Assembly (NCBI GenBank): GCA_964106915.2
Contig: OZ066915.1
DNA: 64,000 bases
Source of the DNA: Podarcis gaigeae
Taxonomy: Eukaryota
Reading direction: 5' to 3' (one strand)
In this document: positions 51,725 through 63,772 of the stretch, one piece after another
Numbering within the stretch: the stretch's first letter is position 1
Layout of the letters: the number at the start of each line of letters is the position of its first letter
The notes under the pieces: model-generated
What the model saw: the letters and a program-made list of their open reading frames with translations, nothing else
Told to the model about the DNA's origin: nothing
Database searches by the model: none
Position numbers and translations under genes: made by a program

Positions 51725-53628
51725 CTGAAACAACCAGTGTTTAAAGTCAGTTGAGTTCCATCAAGGTGAAAGAACAACCTAAAATTACAGTATTTCTTGG
51801 GTTTGCCTGAATTATGATCACTTGCTCATCTGATGTGAAATTTGCCTTTACAGGTAAGTCCTTAAAGACAAGTGTATACATGTATTCTCATAACTTGCTA
51901 GACTTGCACTAAGCTGAGGGAAATGCTGTCTGCTGCTGCCTTGTTTCAAACGGCTATTTTAAAATAAACTGGAGTTCAGTTTGAATTGCATATCTGGTTT
52001 TGTTATTACTTATTACTGCTTGTTTCATTATGAGCTGCCCTCTGGGTTCTACTGGGCCACATAGGCATTATATAAATCAATTATTAAAAAAGAATTCTCA
52101 AGAGCTGCAATATCAAGTGATGGCCATCACAGACCAAGAACCACACACAAACCTTTTCATTAGGATGCACACTTCATAATGCAGCCTGCTTTGGGGTGAC
52201 ATCAACTGGAGCACTGTTGCACTTGTGTTTTTGAGTTAAAGCAACCACCTCACATGACTGGTCTTGAAACATCAACGGAATACATTTTTATTTACCCAAG
52301 TATTTACTGTTTAAAACTGAGAGGCTGAAGCAGTAACAGTATGGGTTTCAAACTGATTTTGTTATTAAATTCTTTATATTCTAGATGCTTTGTCGGATTT
52401 TTTGGGTGGCTGATGTGTGTTGCTTTGTGCTTCTTGTTGTATACAACCCCCAGCTCCTCTGGAAGTCTGGTGATTTACAAATATCCTAAATAAATAAGTC
52501 ACCCGTCATTACTTCAAAGAAAATTCCTCTTCAATGGAGGCAGCTCACATGATCAGTTGTGAGTCATTTAGTGATGAGGAGAGTGTGATATACTGCACAC
52601 GCATGCATGAAACCTATCCTAAGTCAAGCTACATAGCAGTGTTCTTTGGCTGCCTATCCTCAGAGAAGTCACCTTGTATGAATGCCCTGCTCGCCTCCAT
52701 TACTAGCTCTTTTGGCTGCTGTACAGAAATCCAGTTCCCTAATCAGGAAGTCCATTCAGGATATGTACAGTTCCACACTGCCATCATTTGGTCGCCAGTG
52801 CAAAGGAGATGTTCATAAATCATTTATCTAGGCTTTTATTAGGTGTCCCACCTAACCACATTAGATCTTAGAAATTCCACTCATATTCTCAGCATTATCA
52901 TTTCACACAGACTCATGAGATGCCAGGGTACTGGGCAGGAGTCATTAGCCTGTGTGCCCTGTATCCAGTAAACAATGCTGTCCGGTTTAGCATTGTACCC
53001 AGCAGAGAAGATAAGCTGCTAATAGCCTAATCTGAGCAAACAGCTTCTAGTGTACAATAGTTTGAGCCTCCTCACTACATTTAATATCATGCTATCAGAA
53101 ATGAATGTGGTATTCATTTCTTACTATTACAATGATTATTTATTATACTTCTTTCCCACCCATCACCAGAAAGTACCAGGACTGATTTATATTGCATTAT
53201 AACAATGTAAAAGGCAAGACAATTTACAATCAGAAGAAGACAGTGGGTACAACAGAATATATAATTTAGGTGCTAGATGCCAGGGTAAAGGGCTGAGTCT
53301 TCAACATATGATGAAAGCTATATAATAAAGAGTGTCAGACACATCTCTGCAGGGAAGAAATTCACAGCTCAGGGGCTGCCACAGAGAATGCCGTCTCCCA
53401 GGTTTCCATCTCCTGAACTTCCAAGTGCCAATCTTAACAAACAAAAGAGGTTTGTACAGAAGGAGACAGTCTTCCAGATATATGGGGCCTCAGTTTTCAT
53501 GTGACTAAATCTTGTTCTATGGGGAGATGCAGGCAAAGCCCTTTGAGGATACATGAGAACCTCAAAAGGCAAGCTGCTCTCCAGTGTGACTGAAATACTC
53601 TGCAGATAATATATGCAATCATCCTTAC

Positions 53629-53690
53629 CCCACCATGGTCTTTATTGTTCAACAGCAACTTCAGTATCTGCACTTGGAGTTCTTCCACCA
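53629..53690 (-). CDS. RNF123: RNF123 coding exon
   Basis: (V)VEELQVQILKLLLNNKDHGG; AG/GT; 62 bp. Confidence 0.94.
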
Positions 53691-54245
53691 CTAGAATAAA
53701 CAGAACAGTAATGATATACACTGCGTCGGGTAGCAGCCACCACCACATTGCTACAGAGAAACTGACAGTGGCCATATTCAAGACCTGCATAGAAACTCCC
53801 AAGAAGAAACTGACCTCCCCAAATTATTATACACATCAGTTTGTTGAGCTACACTCCCCAAGTGGCTCTGGACAGTCTTTGGAACGACAGGAGGTAAAAA
53901 CATTATCAGTGGAAAACTTAGTGCTGTTTCTAAATGAAGTTACTAGTATTGCATTTGCAAGCAGGGGTGCCAATGGCACCTGTAACACAGCACTGCCCAG
54001 CTAATATTTTATAGCATTTATTTATAGTAATATTTTATAATATTTATATTAGTTTATTCAAATATTTCAAATGTGGGTGTCTTGGCACAAAAGGCAGTAT
54101 ACAAATGCAATAAATTAATTAATCGTGGCTGGCAATTATTTCTCCATACTCTGTGAAAGCTGTGCTCTAGCACTGATCAATATGGCTTCATGCCATATTC
54201 TAAATTGCCCATGAGATTTTGAACGCCACTATCCCATCCTCAGAC

Positions 54246-54345
54246 CTTCAATGCGTTTCTTGAGCCGCTGGCATCCTCTTTCATACGCTCGCCTCCTCAG
54301 TCTCTCCTCAGCAGTCTCATCTTTTATCTCTTTACTTTCTTTGCC
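54246..54345 (-). CDS. RNF123: RNF123 coding exon
   Basis: [33 protein letters not shown]; AG/GT; 100 bp. Confidence 0.95.
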
Positions 54346-54592
54346 CTGTGTTTAAAAGATACGAGGTTAACAGAGTTGTTAGCAGAAGCCAAAAAGGAAG
54401 GACAGGAAGGGCTGTAAATGCTCATGAATGCAAACACAGCTAGTAAGAGAATGCAGCTGTATAAAGGTACTAAACAAATGGTTATTTGCATAACCTATTA
54501 TGTGCAGAAAACACCTAGATAAAAGGCAACATCTCTGCAGTTAAGCTAGGACAGCCCTTAAATCTACCAGCAGTGGGTGCCATATTCCTCAC

Positions 54593-54710
54593 CTCTTTGT
54601 TGAAGCGGTTTGGCCACCAAGTGGTGGGAATGAGCTCCTGTAAACCAGCCTCCTCCACACGCAAAGGACTCTTGATGTAAAAAAACACAACTGAGCGGAG
54701 CACATCAAAT
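54593..54710 (-). CDS. RNF123: RNF123 coding exon
   Basis: [39 protein letters not shown]; AG/GT; 118 bp. Confidence 0.95.
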
Positions 54711-56041
54711 CTGCAGAGAGTTAAGGGAGTTGTGTGGTAGTTCATATAGATGCACCTGTGGGATCTATGTCACAAGCAGCATCCCTGCAATAAGTTAAGA
54801 ATAACTCCACACACAGGACCATGTGAAAAAAATTAGATTTCCTGAAAGCAAGTCAACTCCATAGGGTACTTGAAAGCTGTAATGACTATATCGTGCAGCA
54901 AGGAGGGTATTTGGGGGGAATGAAAGAAGAGGTGGAAAACTGTGAAAGGAACTTCTGCAACTTTCTGCTTATTTTCATCAGCTTCCAATGCATGGGGACA
55001 TTGAAGCAGCTATCCACCCCACTTCCCCCATGTTAGCAATCTGCTGCTGAGACCACCTTGTGTATGTTCTCAAAGCTGTTATAGAATTTGCGCTATTATG
55101 GTCGGTCTTGAGTGATGCTACTGAGACAGAAGCCACACCCTTCCAAATAATTGGGATAATTACAAAAGGCACATGGGGAAGGGAAGCAAAGGAATAATGA
55201 TCAGCTCATACATAGATGTTATTTAACTATTGTCAATGAACAGAGCATTTATCTAGCAGGGTAGGCCAGGTAGGTGTATAGTGTTGGAAGAGAGAATAAG
55301 TGAAAAATAATCCTCTGGGCATGCTGGCTGTTCCATGAATGCAGCCAGTCTACTTTTGGGGAACACTGGGATCAGATTTGAATATTAAGGGAGAGACCCC
55401 AGCTCCATGGCACAACATGCACTTGCCTGCAGAAGGACTCGGGTTCAATCCTGGCATTGCTAGTTAAAATATCAGGCAGACCCTCTCTGCCTGACAGCCA
55501 CTGCTAGTCAGAGCAGGCAATACAGAGTAGGCAAAAAAAGGTGGTGGCAGTAGTGAAGTTAACAAGAAGCAGGGGTTATTTTGGCTAGTCTGGCTGCCTC
55601 TCTCTGGTCTCATGGCACAGAATACAGGCCATGTTATCACAGTTATATTTTTCCCTGAAAGTGAAAGAAACTGAATCTGAATGTATGCAAAGAACGGGTG
55701 ATACAGTAAAGTGTGATCTCAAGGACCTCACAGTGAAGATGCAGCCATTTTGCCTTGGTCAAACCCTTCCTCTCCAATTTGTGCAGAGGCCCACCTGAGC
55801 TGCATCTGGTAGTAAGGAAATAGCAACACTAAGATATAGAAGCGACTAGGGCCTCTTAAATTTAGCTGCAGGTGTGTGCAGTCACAGGAAAAAAGGAAAC
55901 CACGTCCTGTTACAGGGTGATGTTTCTGTAGGGCCTACACATGAATCTTTTTGTCTGTCTAAGCAAGTTTGTACCATCAGGAGATTTGGATGTATGTGAA
56001 AAATATTGTGGGTTTTTTTTTTTAAAATAAAAAAAGGATAC
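54711..56041 (-). other. RNF123: U12-type (minor spliceosome) GT-AG intron
   Basis: 5' splice site GTATCCTTT; branch point TCCCTTAAC (54728-54720) ending 9 nt before the 3' end. Confidence 0.9.
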
Positions 56042-56115
56042 AGGACATTGTGAAGCAAGTACTTCCTGGATTTCTCATGCTTCAGGATAGCAATAGTGAG
56101 ACGGAGGTAGTGAAT
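56042..56115 (-). CDS. RNF123: RNF123 coding exon
   Basis: IHYLRLTIAILKHEKSRKYLLHNV(L); 74 bp. Confidence 0.95.
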
Positions 56116-56311
56116 CTGGATGGAGAAGAAGAAAAAAGGGAAATCAATATAAGCTGCAGTGATACATGAGGAAGAGCTCTTAAAACAGCATATTTAAAAT
56201 GTCTTTACAACATTTTCAAAGCTGTAACCAGTCAGCCAAAGCAGCTCCCCTCTCACTGCATGAACTTTGTTCTTAAGGGTTTCGACCGGTGTTTAACAGA
56301 ATAATACTCAC

Positions 56312-56404
56312 CTGTAAGCCTAGATCAGGAACAATGGGAGAGAAGCGGTATGCCCTGAGCAGGGACATCAGCAGCTGCTTGAGGCATTCATGTACTTCAT
56401 AATC
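56312..56404 (-). CDS. RNF123: RNF123 coding exon
   Basis: [31 protein letters not shown]; AG/GT; 93 bp. Confidence 0.95.
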
Positions 56405-56525
56405 CTGAGGGAGGAAAGAAACACTTTCTTACTCAATAGGAAAGAAGATACTGGGTCAGTGAGTTCCTCTGGAGAAAGGAAGAAGGGTCTCTTTCCTTGA
56501 GAGTAAAAGCACTCCAGTAGCTCAC

Positions 56526-56651
56526 CTCCATGAGAAGCCACATGAGATCCAACAACTGCTGTATAAGAGGGTGCGCTTCCACAGACCCTCCGCCTTCCAG
56601 GATGCTGAGTAGGAAGTTCATGAGCACATCTTCCACCAAGTACACTTTGCA
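56526..56651 (-). CDS. RNF123: RNF123 coding exon
   Basis: CKVYLVEDVLMNFLLSILE...LLDLMWLLME; AG/GT; 126 bp. Confidence 0.94.
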
Positions 56652-56961
56652 CTGCAGAAAAGAATTTATTAAAGCAGAAGACTTAACAGAATAACTTTAT
56701 CATGATGCTGCAGCAGAGTCAAGAACAGTGAATACTCTGTGCTGCTGCAGCTCTGAGGGGGCTCACAGCAGTCGTTTCTCTAGACTACATTGAGAACTCC
56801 AAGGACAGGTTGTCCCACATCCCAACAATGTCCCTTTACTCAGGATCCACCTTCTGATTGGTTTCCAAGAGCCACTCCCCCCCACTCATAATGTTGCTAT
56901 TTCTTTATTATTTATAAACTACGTTTCCATTTTTTAAAAATACAGTAAGGTAGTACACAGC

Positions 56962-57166
56962 CAAAACAAAAAAAAAATTCCTTCCAGTAGCACCTTAAAG
57001 ACCAACTAAGTTAGTTCTTGGTATGAGCTTTCGTGTGCATGCACACTTCTTCAGCGTGCACACGAAAGCTCATACCAAGAACTAACTTAGTTGGTCTTTA
57101 AGGTGCTACTGGAAGGATTTTTTTTTGTTTTGACTATGGCAGACCAACACGGCTACCTATCTGTAA
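56962..57166. mobile_element. Penelope-like element fragment, second copy in opposite orientation
   Basis: Near-identical to 18740-18944; inverted arms plus tail; 12-bp TSD GTAGTACACAGC; hammerhead core on the minus strand at 57021-57054. Confidence 0.85.
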
Positions 57167-57744
57167 GTAGTACACAGCGTACAAAATTACAGTCAGAGCA
57201 ATAAAAACATCAATAAATAATGGTTGGTAAAAAGAAACTCACAGTGCAAAGCTCTGTCTGAATGACACCATTTTTAGACTTCTAAAAGAAGGTAGGAATG
57301 ATGTCTGCCGAAGCTCAAATGGCAGGGAGTTCCACAGGGAACAGCCTTCCACACTAGAGGCTCAGTTCATAGTAAAGGCTGGCTGAACCTCGTGGTTGTG
57401 GGGAACCACAATAAGTGCCCCACCAGAGGATCTCAGTGGCCAAGGTGGAGCGTAAGGGATCAGATAGTTCTTAAGGTATTTTGGGCCCAATTTAGTGTTT
57501 TGTGAATCGACAGAAGAACCTTGAACTCTGCGCAGCAGCAAACTGGCAAAAGATGTTAATGAAAATGATAATATAATAATAAATAATAAATGAAGTAGTA
57601 GTTGTTGTTTATTATTTATACCGCACCCATCTGGCTGGGATCCTTTGCTTGCTGGTTAATCTACTCAAAAGGAGTGAAGTGCACAGATGCACATGACAGA
57701 CTGCAGCACTCGCTGTATGTGAGCACTGGAGTTGGAAATGCTGG

Positions 57745-57962
57745 TGCTCGGTGGCAGTGCACATGCTTTGCATGCAAAAGATGCCACATTCAATCCCTGG
57801 TGTCTCTAGGTAGAGATGGCACAGATTTCTGTCTTTAACGGCTGAGCAATGCTGCCCGTCAGTGGGGAGCCTTTTTCATCCCGAGGGTCACATTCCATCT
57901 TGGCCAATGCTTTGTGGGCTACATACCAGCAGTGAGCACAGCCAAAGCAAGAATGGGTGTGG
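57745..57962 (+). mobile_element. tRNA-derived SINE head joined to a hAT fragment
   Basis: GCTCGGTGGCAGTGCACATGCTTTGCATGC...TTCAATCCCTGG, then GGGGAGCCTTTTTCATCCCGAGGGTCACATTCC, similar to the start of 16283-16607. Confidence 0.5.
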
Positions 57963-58612
57963 TCCAAGTGGATGCAGCTGCTCAACTCTATCTATTATAT
58001 GCTCCCCTACATAAATACACGTGTCTATACTTTCCCACCAGAAAACTATTTATCCCCCAGCAATCAGGCCTGACCAAAGCTTTTTTGAAACCTAATTGCT
58101 AGATAGGGATGCTAGTGATCTTTGCGGAGATGGCCGCTTAAGAGAGGATGGTTAACTCCTCTTTCCCTGGCTGCACTCTCCCCCACAGCAATTAGGCTTA
58201 AAAAGAGCCTATTTGTGCCAATGGAAGACTGCTTTAAAACTTAATTTCAGGATGGGGTGTGTATTTTTGGTGGGGGGGTTGCAATGCATGGGGATTCTTC
58301 TGAAAATGCCCCCCAACACCACAATTAGACTTTTGTCTCCTATTGCCATCAACAGGAGACTTTTTTCAAGCCTAAAACTTGCAGAAGGATGGGGTTCAGG
58401 AAATGGGATGGCATCATGGACCACTGGTTGTCCACTCCTGGTGTAAATAACTGATCTAAACATCCCAATGGTGTGACCCTCTATTAAGTCAGAGAATTTG
58501 TTGTTAAAAATTGAATTCACTGGTGAGGAGGAGAAGTTCACTCTCATCTGTAACTTTGTAAACAGTGGTGGAGGATCCTGAAATACATGAAGTAACACTG
58601 GGGGAAACTTAC

Positions 58613-58717
58613 CATAAGGGGAGCAAAACTGTTAAAAATGTGTGCTAGGGTGATTAAAACAGTTGGTTCCCCCTGGAGTTGCCACGTGGAAGCCTCTTTT
58701 TCCACCAGCTTCCCTTC
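58613..58717 (-). CDS. RNF123: RNF123 coding exon
   Basis: [35 protein letters not shown]; AG/GT; 105 bp. Confidence 0.93.
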
Positions 58718-59222
58718 CTGAAATACATAACTCAGGGTTACACATTTTTAAGAGATCCTAATTCTACAAGAGTGTTTCTTAAGCTTGAGGAAGCCACTGG
58801 GATTCTGAGATACACCTTGGATTTGAAGATTGCAAGATTTGGCATCGGTTAGGCCAGAGGTTTTCAACCTTTTTGAGTCCACAGCTCCCTTGACCAACTA
58901 CATTCTTCCTGCAGCACCCCGTGGGGGTTTCACCTGGCACCATCTTCTTCCTTTTTCTTTTAGTACCAGGGGAACCTTATTATCTGCCCAGCACAGACTA
59001 ATAAGATTTACATCATGCTCAAATTTTATCACTGCTTTGTTTTTGGTGTATTTTTATTCTTTGTAAGTCAGTTGAAGAGCTTTGGCTAAACAGCACGTAA
59101 TAAAGGCCCTCGACAAAATTTGAAAAATGAAATTAAATGCCCCATACCTAATCAATCCAATGTGCAAACAGTTTTTGGCAAGGCAAGTCTGAATAAACAT
59201 AACATTGAAAAGATTATCTCAC

Positions 59223-59337
59223 CGTAACATCTATTCCAGTATGAATAACATTTTTCAGGTACCCCAACAGTTTCTGTGCTTTTGCAAGATCTGCAGCTGG
59301 TTTGTCCTGTAAGGGCCGATATCCCTCCACTGGATAT
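59223..59337 (-). CDS. RNF123: RNF123 coding exon (AC acceptor)
   Basis: (R)YPVEGYRPLQDKPAADLAKAQKLLGYLKNVIHTGIDVT; AC/GT; 115 bp. Confidence 0.92.
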
Positions 59338-60084
59338 GTATGAAATTATTAAGGGGGAAAAACCACAGAAGGCAATCTACCCCTCCTTCAAGGAATGATC
59401 CTACGTCCCCAGGCTTTCCTCTGCTGCCAATCCTTGCTTTCATCCACCACACCAAGCTTCTAGAATGCTTGCCACATTTATTGGTATTTCATATGCCTCC
59501 AGGTCTTGTCCCACCCTTGCAAAGCAATCTATACCAAGCACAGCATGTATTGTAAAGGAATTCAAGGGTGATTGCTGCTTTCTCATTCAGGACGTCTTTC
59601 TTATTCACACTGACCAATAATCACCTTCATGATCATTCAAGAAGGTAGTATCTGCTGCTAGAGATCCAAACTGCCTCCTGAAAGTATAACATTTCTGACA
59701 TATTGACAAGAATGAGATTCAAACTTTTATTCATGCTGGCAAGAAGAGCTTCAGCTACAGAGCTAGAGGCCCCCTGTCCAAATCTTAGCATAACTACAAA
59801 CTGGCCTTAGACAAAGCCACTCTCAGATTGTAATAAGGATAAAAAATAATAGTAGAATAGTAGGAATCTGCCTTATGGGGGCATAAAGTATGAGATAAAG
59901 TGAGTCGAGCATATAGTATTTATATAGCACTTCTCCTAACTATTATTATGTTACTGAGAACTAGTGGATGGCTGGAAAGGTTTAGCATAGTTGTGGCCTG
60001 AGAAGAGAATGATACTTTTCAGATGCCAACATTGCTCGGGAAAAATATTTCTACGGTTTGGTTAAAACTATTGTCAAAGGATAT
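59338..60084 (-). other. RNF123: U12-type AT-AC intron
   Basis: 5' splice site ATATCCTTT, branch-like CCCTTAAT about 10 nt upstream of TAC|. Splicing here restores GSRPLR-YPV in frame. Confidence 0.92.
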
Positions 60085-60210
60085 CGGAGAGGCCGGCTAC
60101 CAAAGTTAAAAGCAACAGATTCCTTGAATGACAGGCTGATAGCAGGGAAATAGGCCATGCCAGAGCCTCGTGAGATGTTATCAAAAGCAGTCCCCAGAGA
60201 CACACCATTC
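60085..60210 (-). CDS. RNF123: RNF123 coding exon (SPRY domain end; AT donor)
   Basis: [41 protein letters not shown](R); AG/AT; 126 bp. Confidence 0.94.
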
Positions 60211-60922
60211 CTGAAAAAGAAAATAAAGAGGGGAAGGAGACAAATCCCTAAAGTTTTAACACACCTTGCCAAGAATTCTATACACAAAAGACTTATTTAT
60301 CTGACATTACACAAAGGAAGAAACAGTCACAGCTTAGTGGCTTGTCTTCTGTATTATGACAAGTCAATAAAAATAAAAGCAGATTCTGAATCCCAAGTGC
60401 AAAATTCTCCCATTGCTTTGCCTGAGGATCTTAGGAAATAACTTCTTGCAGAGACACTTAGAAAAATATGAATTGTTATTGCTGGAGCTCTGTTCAAGGT
60501 CCTGTTCAGCTTAAGAATTCCACGCAGTGACTCAAAGTGCTCTATAGAGCTTTCTGTGTTGTACAGCTCCACACAGTCATGTTAAAAACAACCACTCATG
60601 TTGATTACTGCTTGTGTAGATCTAGTTTTATTTCTCTATTCATCTTTCTTGCACCCATAACAACATTGTACCAGGAAACATTCCCTATCAGCATCTAAAC
60701 TCCTGTTCAGAAGTGATGCACTACAACTTTTTGAAACAATTTAGATGCTGTAAGGCAAAGGACCTTGTTGAATGCAATTTTAGTAGAGGATTATTGAGAA
60801 TGAAGTAACTATTTACCCTTTAGTGGAGCTTGGTTTAAACTCTCAATGAATATACTTAGAAGCTGAGAGGACAGAATATAGCAGACTAGCAACATCTAGC
60901 ATAGTTCTATAAGGGTGCTTAC

Positions 60923-60990
60923 AGGCAGAAAGAAATGCTTCCCTCATCCAGGTCTATCAAGCAGCTGACAATATCTCCTGCTGCCCAAGA
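60923..60990 (-). CDS. RNF123: RNF123 coding exon (SPRY domain)
   Basis: [22 protein letters not shown](L); AG/GT; 68 bp. Confidence 0.95.
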
Positions 60991-62320
60991 CTGCAGAAAA
61001 AAGAAAAGATAATTAGATGGGACTTGGGGTATGTAACCAATGTTGCTAGGATACTGTTAAAACATATAGAGATTGCTTCCAATTCAGTCAAGAAAAACTG
61101 TACAGGTCAAGAGTTCGGCTGCCATACTGAGTCATTGTTTTAACTTTTTACCCCCTTCTGTTGCATATTGCGGCATGCAGAATTCTAGTTCTATATTACA
61201 GCAGGCAAGGGATATGAGATGTGCCATGTGTTTGCAAGCACACACTCAGTAGGATGGCCATTTTCTATATCACGGATGGGATCTTTTTGGTACCGCAGGC
61301 CAGATTCCCATGAGCCAACTTTGACAGGTAGGTGAGTGGGACAACGCACCTCCCAAATCATATGGTATCATGTGACATCACATGATTGACAGGAGGGTTG
61401 TCCAACCTATGTCTCAAAACAGTCTGCAGGCTTGGGGACTCACAGCATAAGACATGGTGCCAGCACTGTGCTTGGCACTTTGGAAAGCTCAAAGCACAAT
61501 GCTACCAAAGTGCTGCTTTCTCCTCTCTCCCCCCACTGGAAGCAGAGAAGAAAGAAGCCGGCATCATACAGGCATCACTGCACGAGAGAGAAATCTCTAT
61601 TAGAGCCAATGTCTGCATAAAACAGTCTTCTTCCCGGTTATGGATAAAAAAATGGGGGTGCTATTCAACTAAGTCTTACTCAAAGTACTTTCAATGAAAT
61701 GCATGAACTTAAGTTAGAGCAGAACCACTGACATTAAAGGGCATAACAGAACTAAACATTGAATACCACCTCAAAGGCAAGCAAATCTAATTTTCCCCTG
61801 ATGCTTCCTTTGGCTGTGTGACCTGTTCCTATGAGGGACAGATGCACGCAGCCAAACTGAGCAGGGTTTAACCATTGCTCATCAGCTGCTGTGTGAGGGG
61901 TTTAAACCTGCTAGAAACAGGTACCCACAACAATGCAATAACCGGCACTGATGTCACTGATTGACAGGTGGACATGATTGGAGAAAATGGTCTCACAGGC
62001 CAAACTCGTTCTGCTGGTGGGCCAATATGCACAATGGAAGAGAAATTGGTTTTTCACAATAAAATTAAATACAAAACATGAAGTTTAATAACAAATAAAT
62101 TCTGACTACACCACCCAATAAGAGTCTCCAGTTCTACTGGAGACTATGAAAACCTGGAGACAGTCAGTGTTGAGATTACCAAAACAGATAAACTAATAAT
62201 CTGATTCAGTGTAAGACAGATTTCTGTGTTCCTAGTTCTTGAAACAAGTGAAGTGGTTCACAGAGATACGCAGACTACATGCTTAGTACAGCAAAAAAAC
62301 AATTAGGGGCAGACACTCAC

Positions 62321-62407
62321 TTTACCATAGTTGGTTGTGGTTACATTCCATTTGCGCACTCGATTCCCATCGTAAGCATATGAATCTGGAGTGTCTCCAA
62401 CTCCTTC
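62321..62407 (-). CDS. RNF123: RNF123 coding exon (SPRY domain)
   Basis: [29 protein letters not shown]; AG/GT; 87 bp. Confidence 0.95.
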
Positions 62408-62576
62408 CTATGCAACATGAAAACCAAAAGCAAACCTTTACCAAAGATCACAATTAAGATTTTGCATTCCAATAATATGCCTTCTTCAACCACTGTCACT
62501 GACATACCAAAAAGGACTGAGAAACTTGTAGGCTGGGAGAAACAGACCTGAGAGAAACAGTCATATGGGTAACATA

Positions 62577-63365
62577 CAAGGTGTGACCAGACAGTTCGGT
62601 GAATGGTCACGGAAACCAGACAGCGAGAATATTCAAACATACAGGCCTTAAAAGTAGGCCCCCTCAGATACAATGCACTGTTGACAACATTCGTAGAACT
62701 GTTGGAAACTTCTGGAGAAGTCCTCTTTTCATACTGCTTTTAGTTCCCTCGTCACAGCAGCTTGGATATGTGAAATGTTGGAAAATCTGTGCCCTTTCAG
62801 TGCAGATTTCAGTTTTGGAAAAAGAAAGAAATCCGGTGGGGCCAGATTAGGAGAATATAGAAGGTAGGACAGCTCAGTAACCTCAGTAATGATTTCATGT
62901 GGAATATGCAATTCTTCCGCCATCATTCGGATGGAGAAACGCCGATCCCACATCAATAACTCATGAATTGTCAACATTTGCCGCCACTTTGCTCGTCGAC
63001 GGTCTGCCAGATTGCGGGTCTTCTTCGATAGTTTGCCGCCCTTCATGGAAATGCTTAAACCACTCATACACTGTCTTTCGAGTTACAGCTTCATCTCTGT
63101 ACACAATTGTGGGCATTTTGTGGGTTTCTGATGCCAATTTACCCAATTTGAAACAGAATTTCATATTGACTCTCTGCTCCATTTTCAATCACATTGCACT
63201 GCTACTAAACGCTACCGCATCAACGTAGGCCTGTCAACCATGGCGAGACATGTGCGCATATGTTAGCTGAGATACGGAGCAACGTCTCCCATGTGTCTCT
63301 GTGAATCCGGCAGTTCCTATTATCGCATACAGCAGTGATTCACCCTACTTTCCAGTCACACCTTG
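62577..63365 (-). mobile_element. Internally deleted mariner DNA transposon
   Basis: TA TSD, ~28-bp TIRs starting CAAGGTGTGAC, and broken transposase pieces: the HTH region MEQRVNMKFCFKLGK...SGRPSTS and the C-terminal YSPNLAPPDFFLFPKLK (YSPDLAP motif). Confidence 0.92.
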
Positions 63366-63686
63366 TAATATACCAAGCATCCATGCCCATTTCTGGTAAG
63401 TATATACACTAGTAATTAGGTCCACTACTATATCCAACTTAAGTAGAACACGAGTTATGAAAAGGAATTACAGGTTCCCTATTCCAAAGAACCAGATTAT
63501 ATAGATATTGTCAAGATTTCAGTTCCCATCAGACCTAGCTAACATGGGATGATGGGAATAGTATTCTAACAAGGGGCCACAGGTAATTTCTGGGATTTCC
63601 AGCCTTGGAACTTCAGGTAAAGAGTGATGTCTAAATGTAAATACAATAAGTAAGAAAATAAATAAATAAATATGCTCTTGCATTAC

Positions 63687-63772
63687 CTCTTGATTGAATC
63701 GGCAATTGAGAGTGCACCAACCAATTTGCATAAGGCCTTGGGATGAAATCAGCACCTCATAGATCCATTTTC
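63687..63772 (-). CDS. RNF123: RNF123 coding exon (SPRY domain; first one in the window)
   Basis: (G)[28 protein letters not shown]; AG/GT; 86 bp. Confidence 0.95.
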
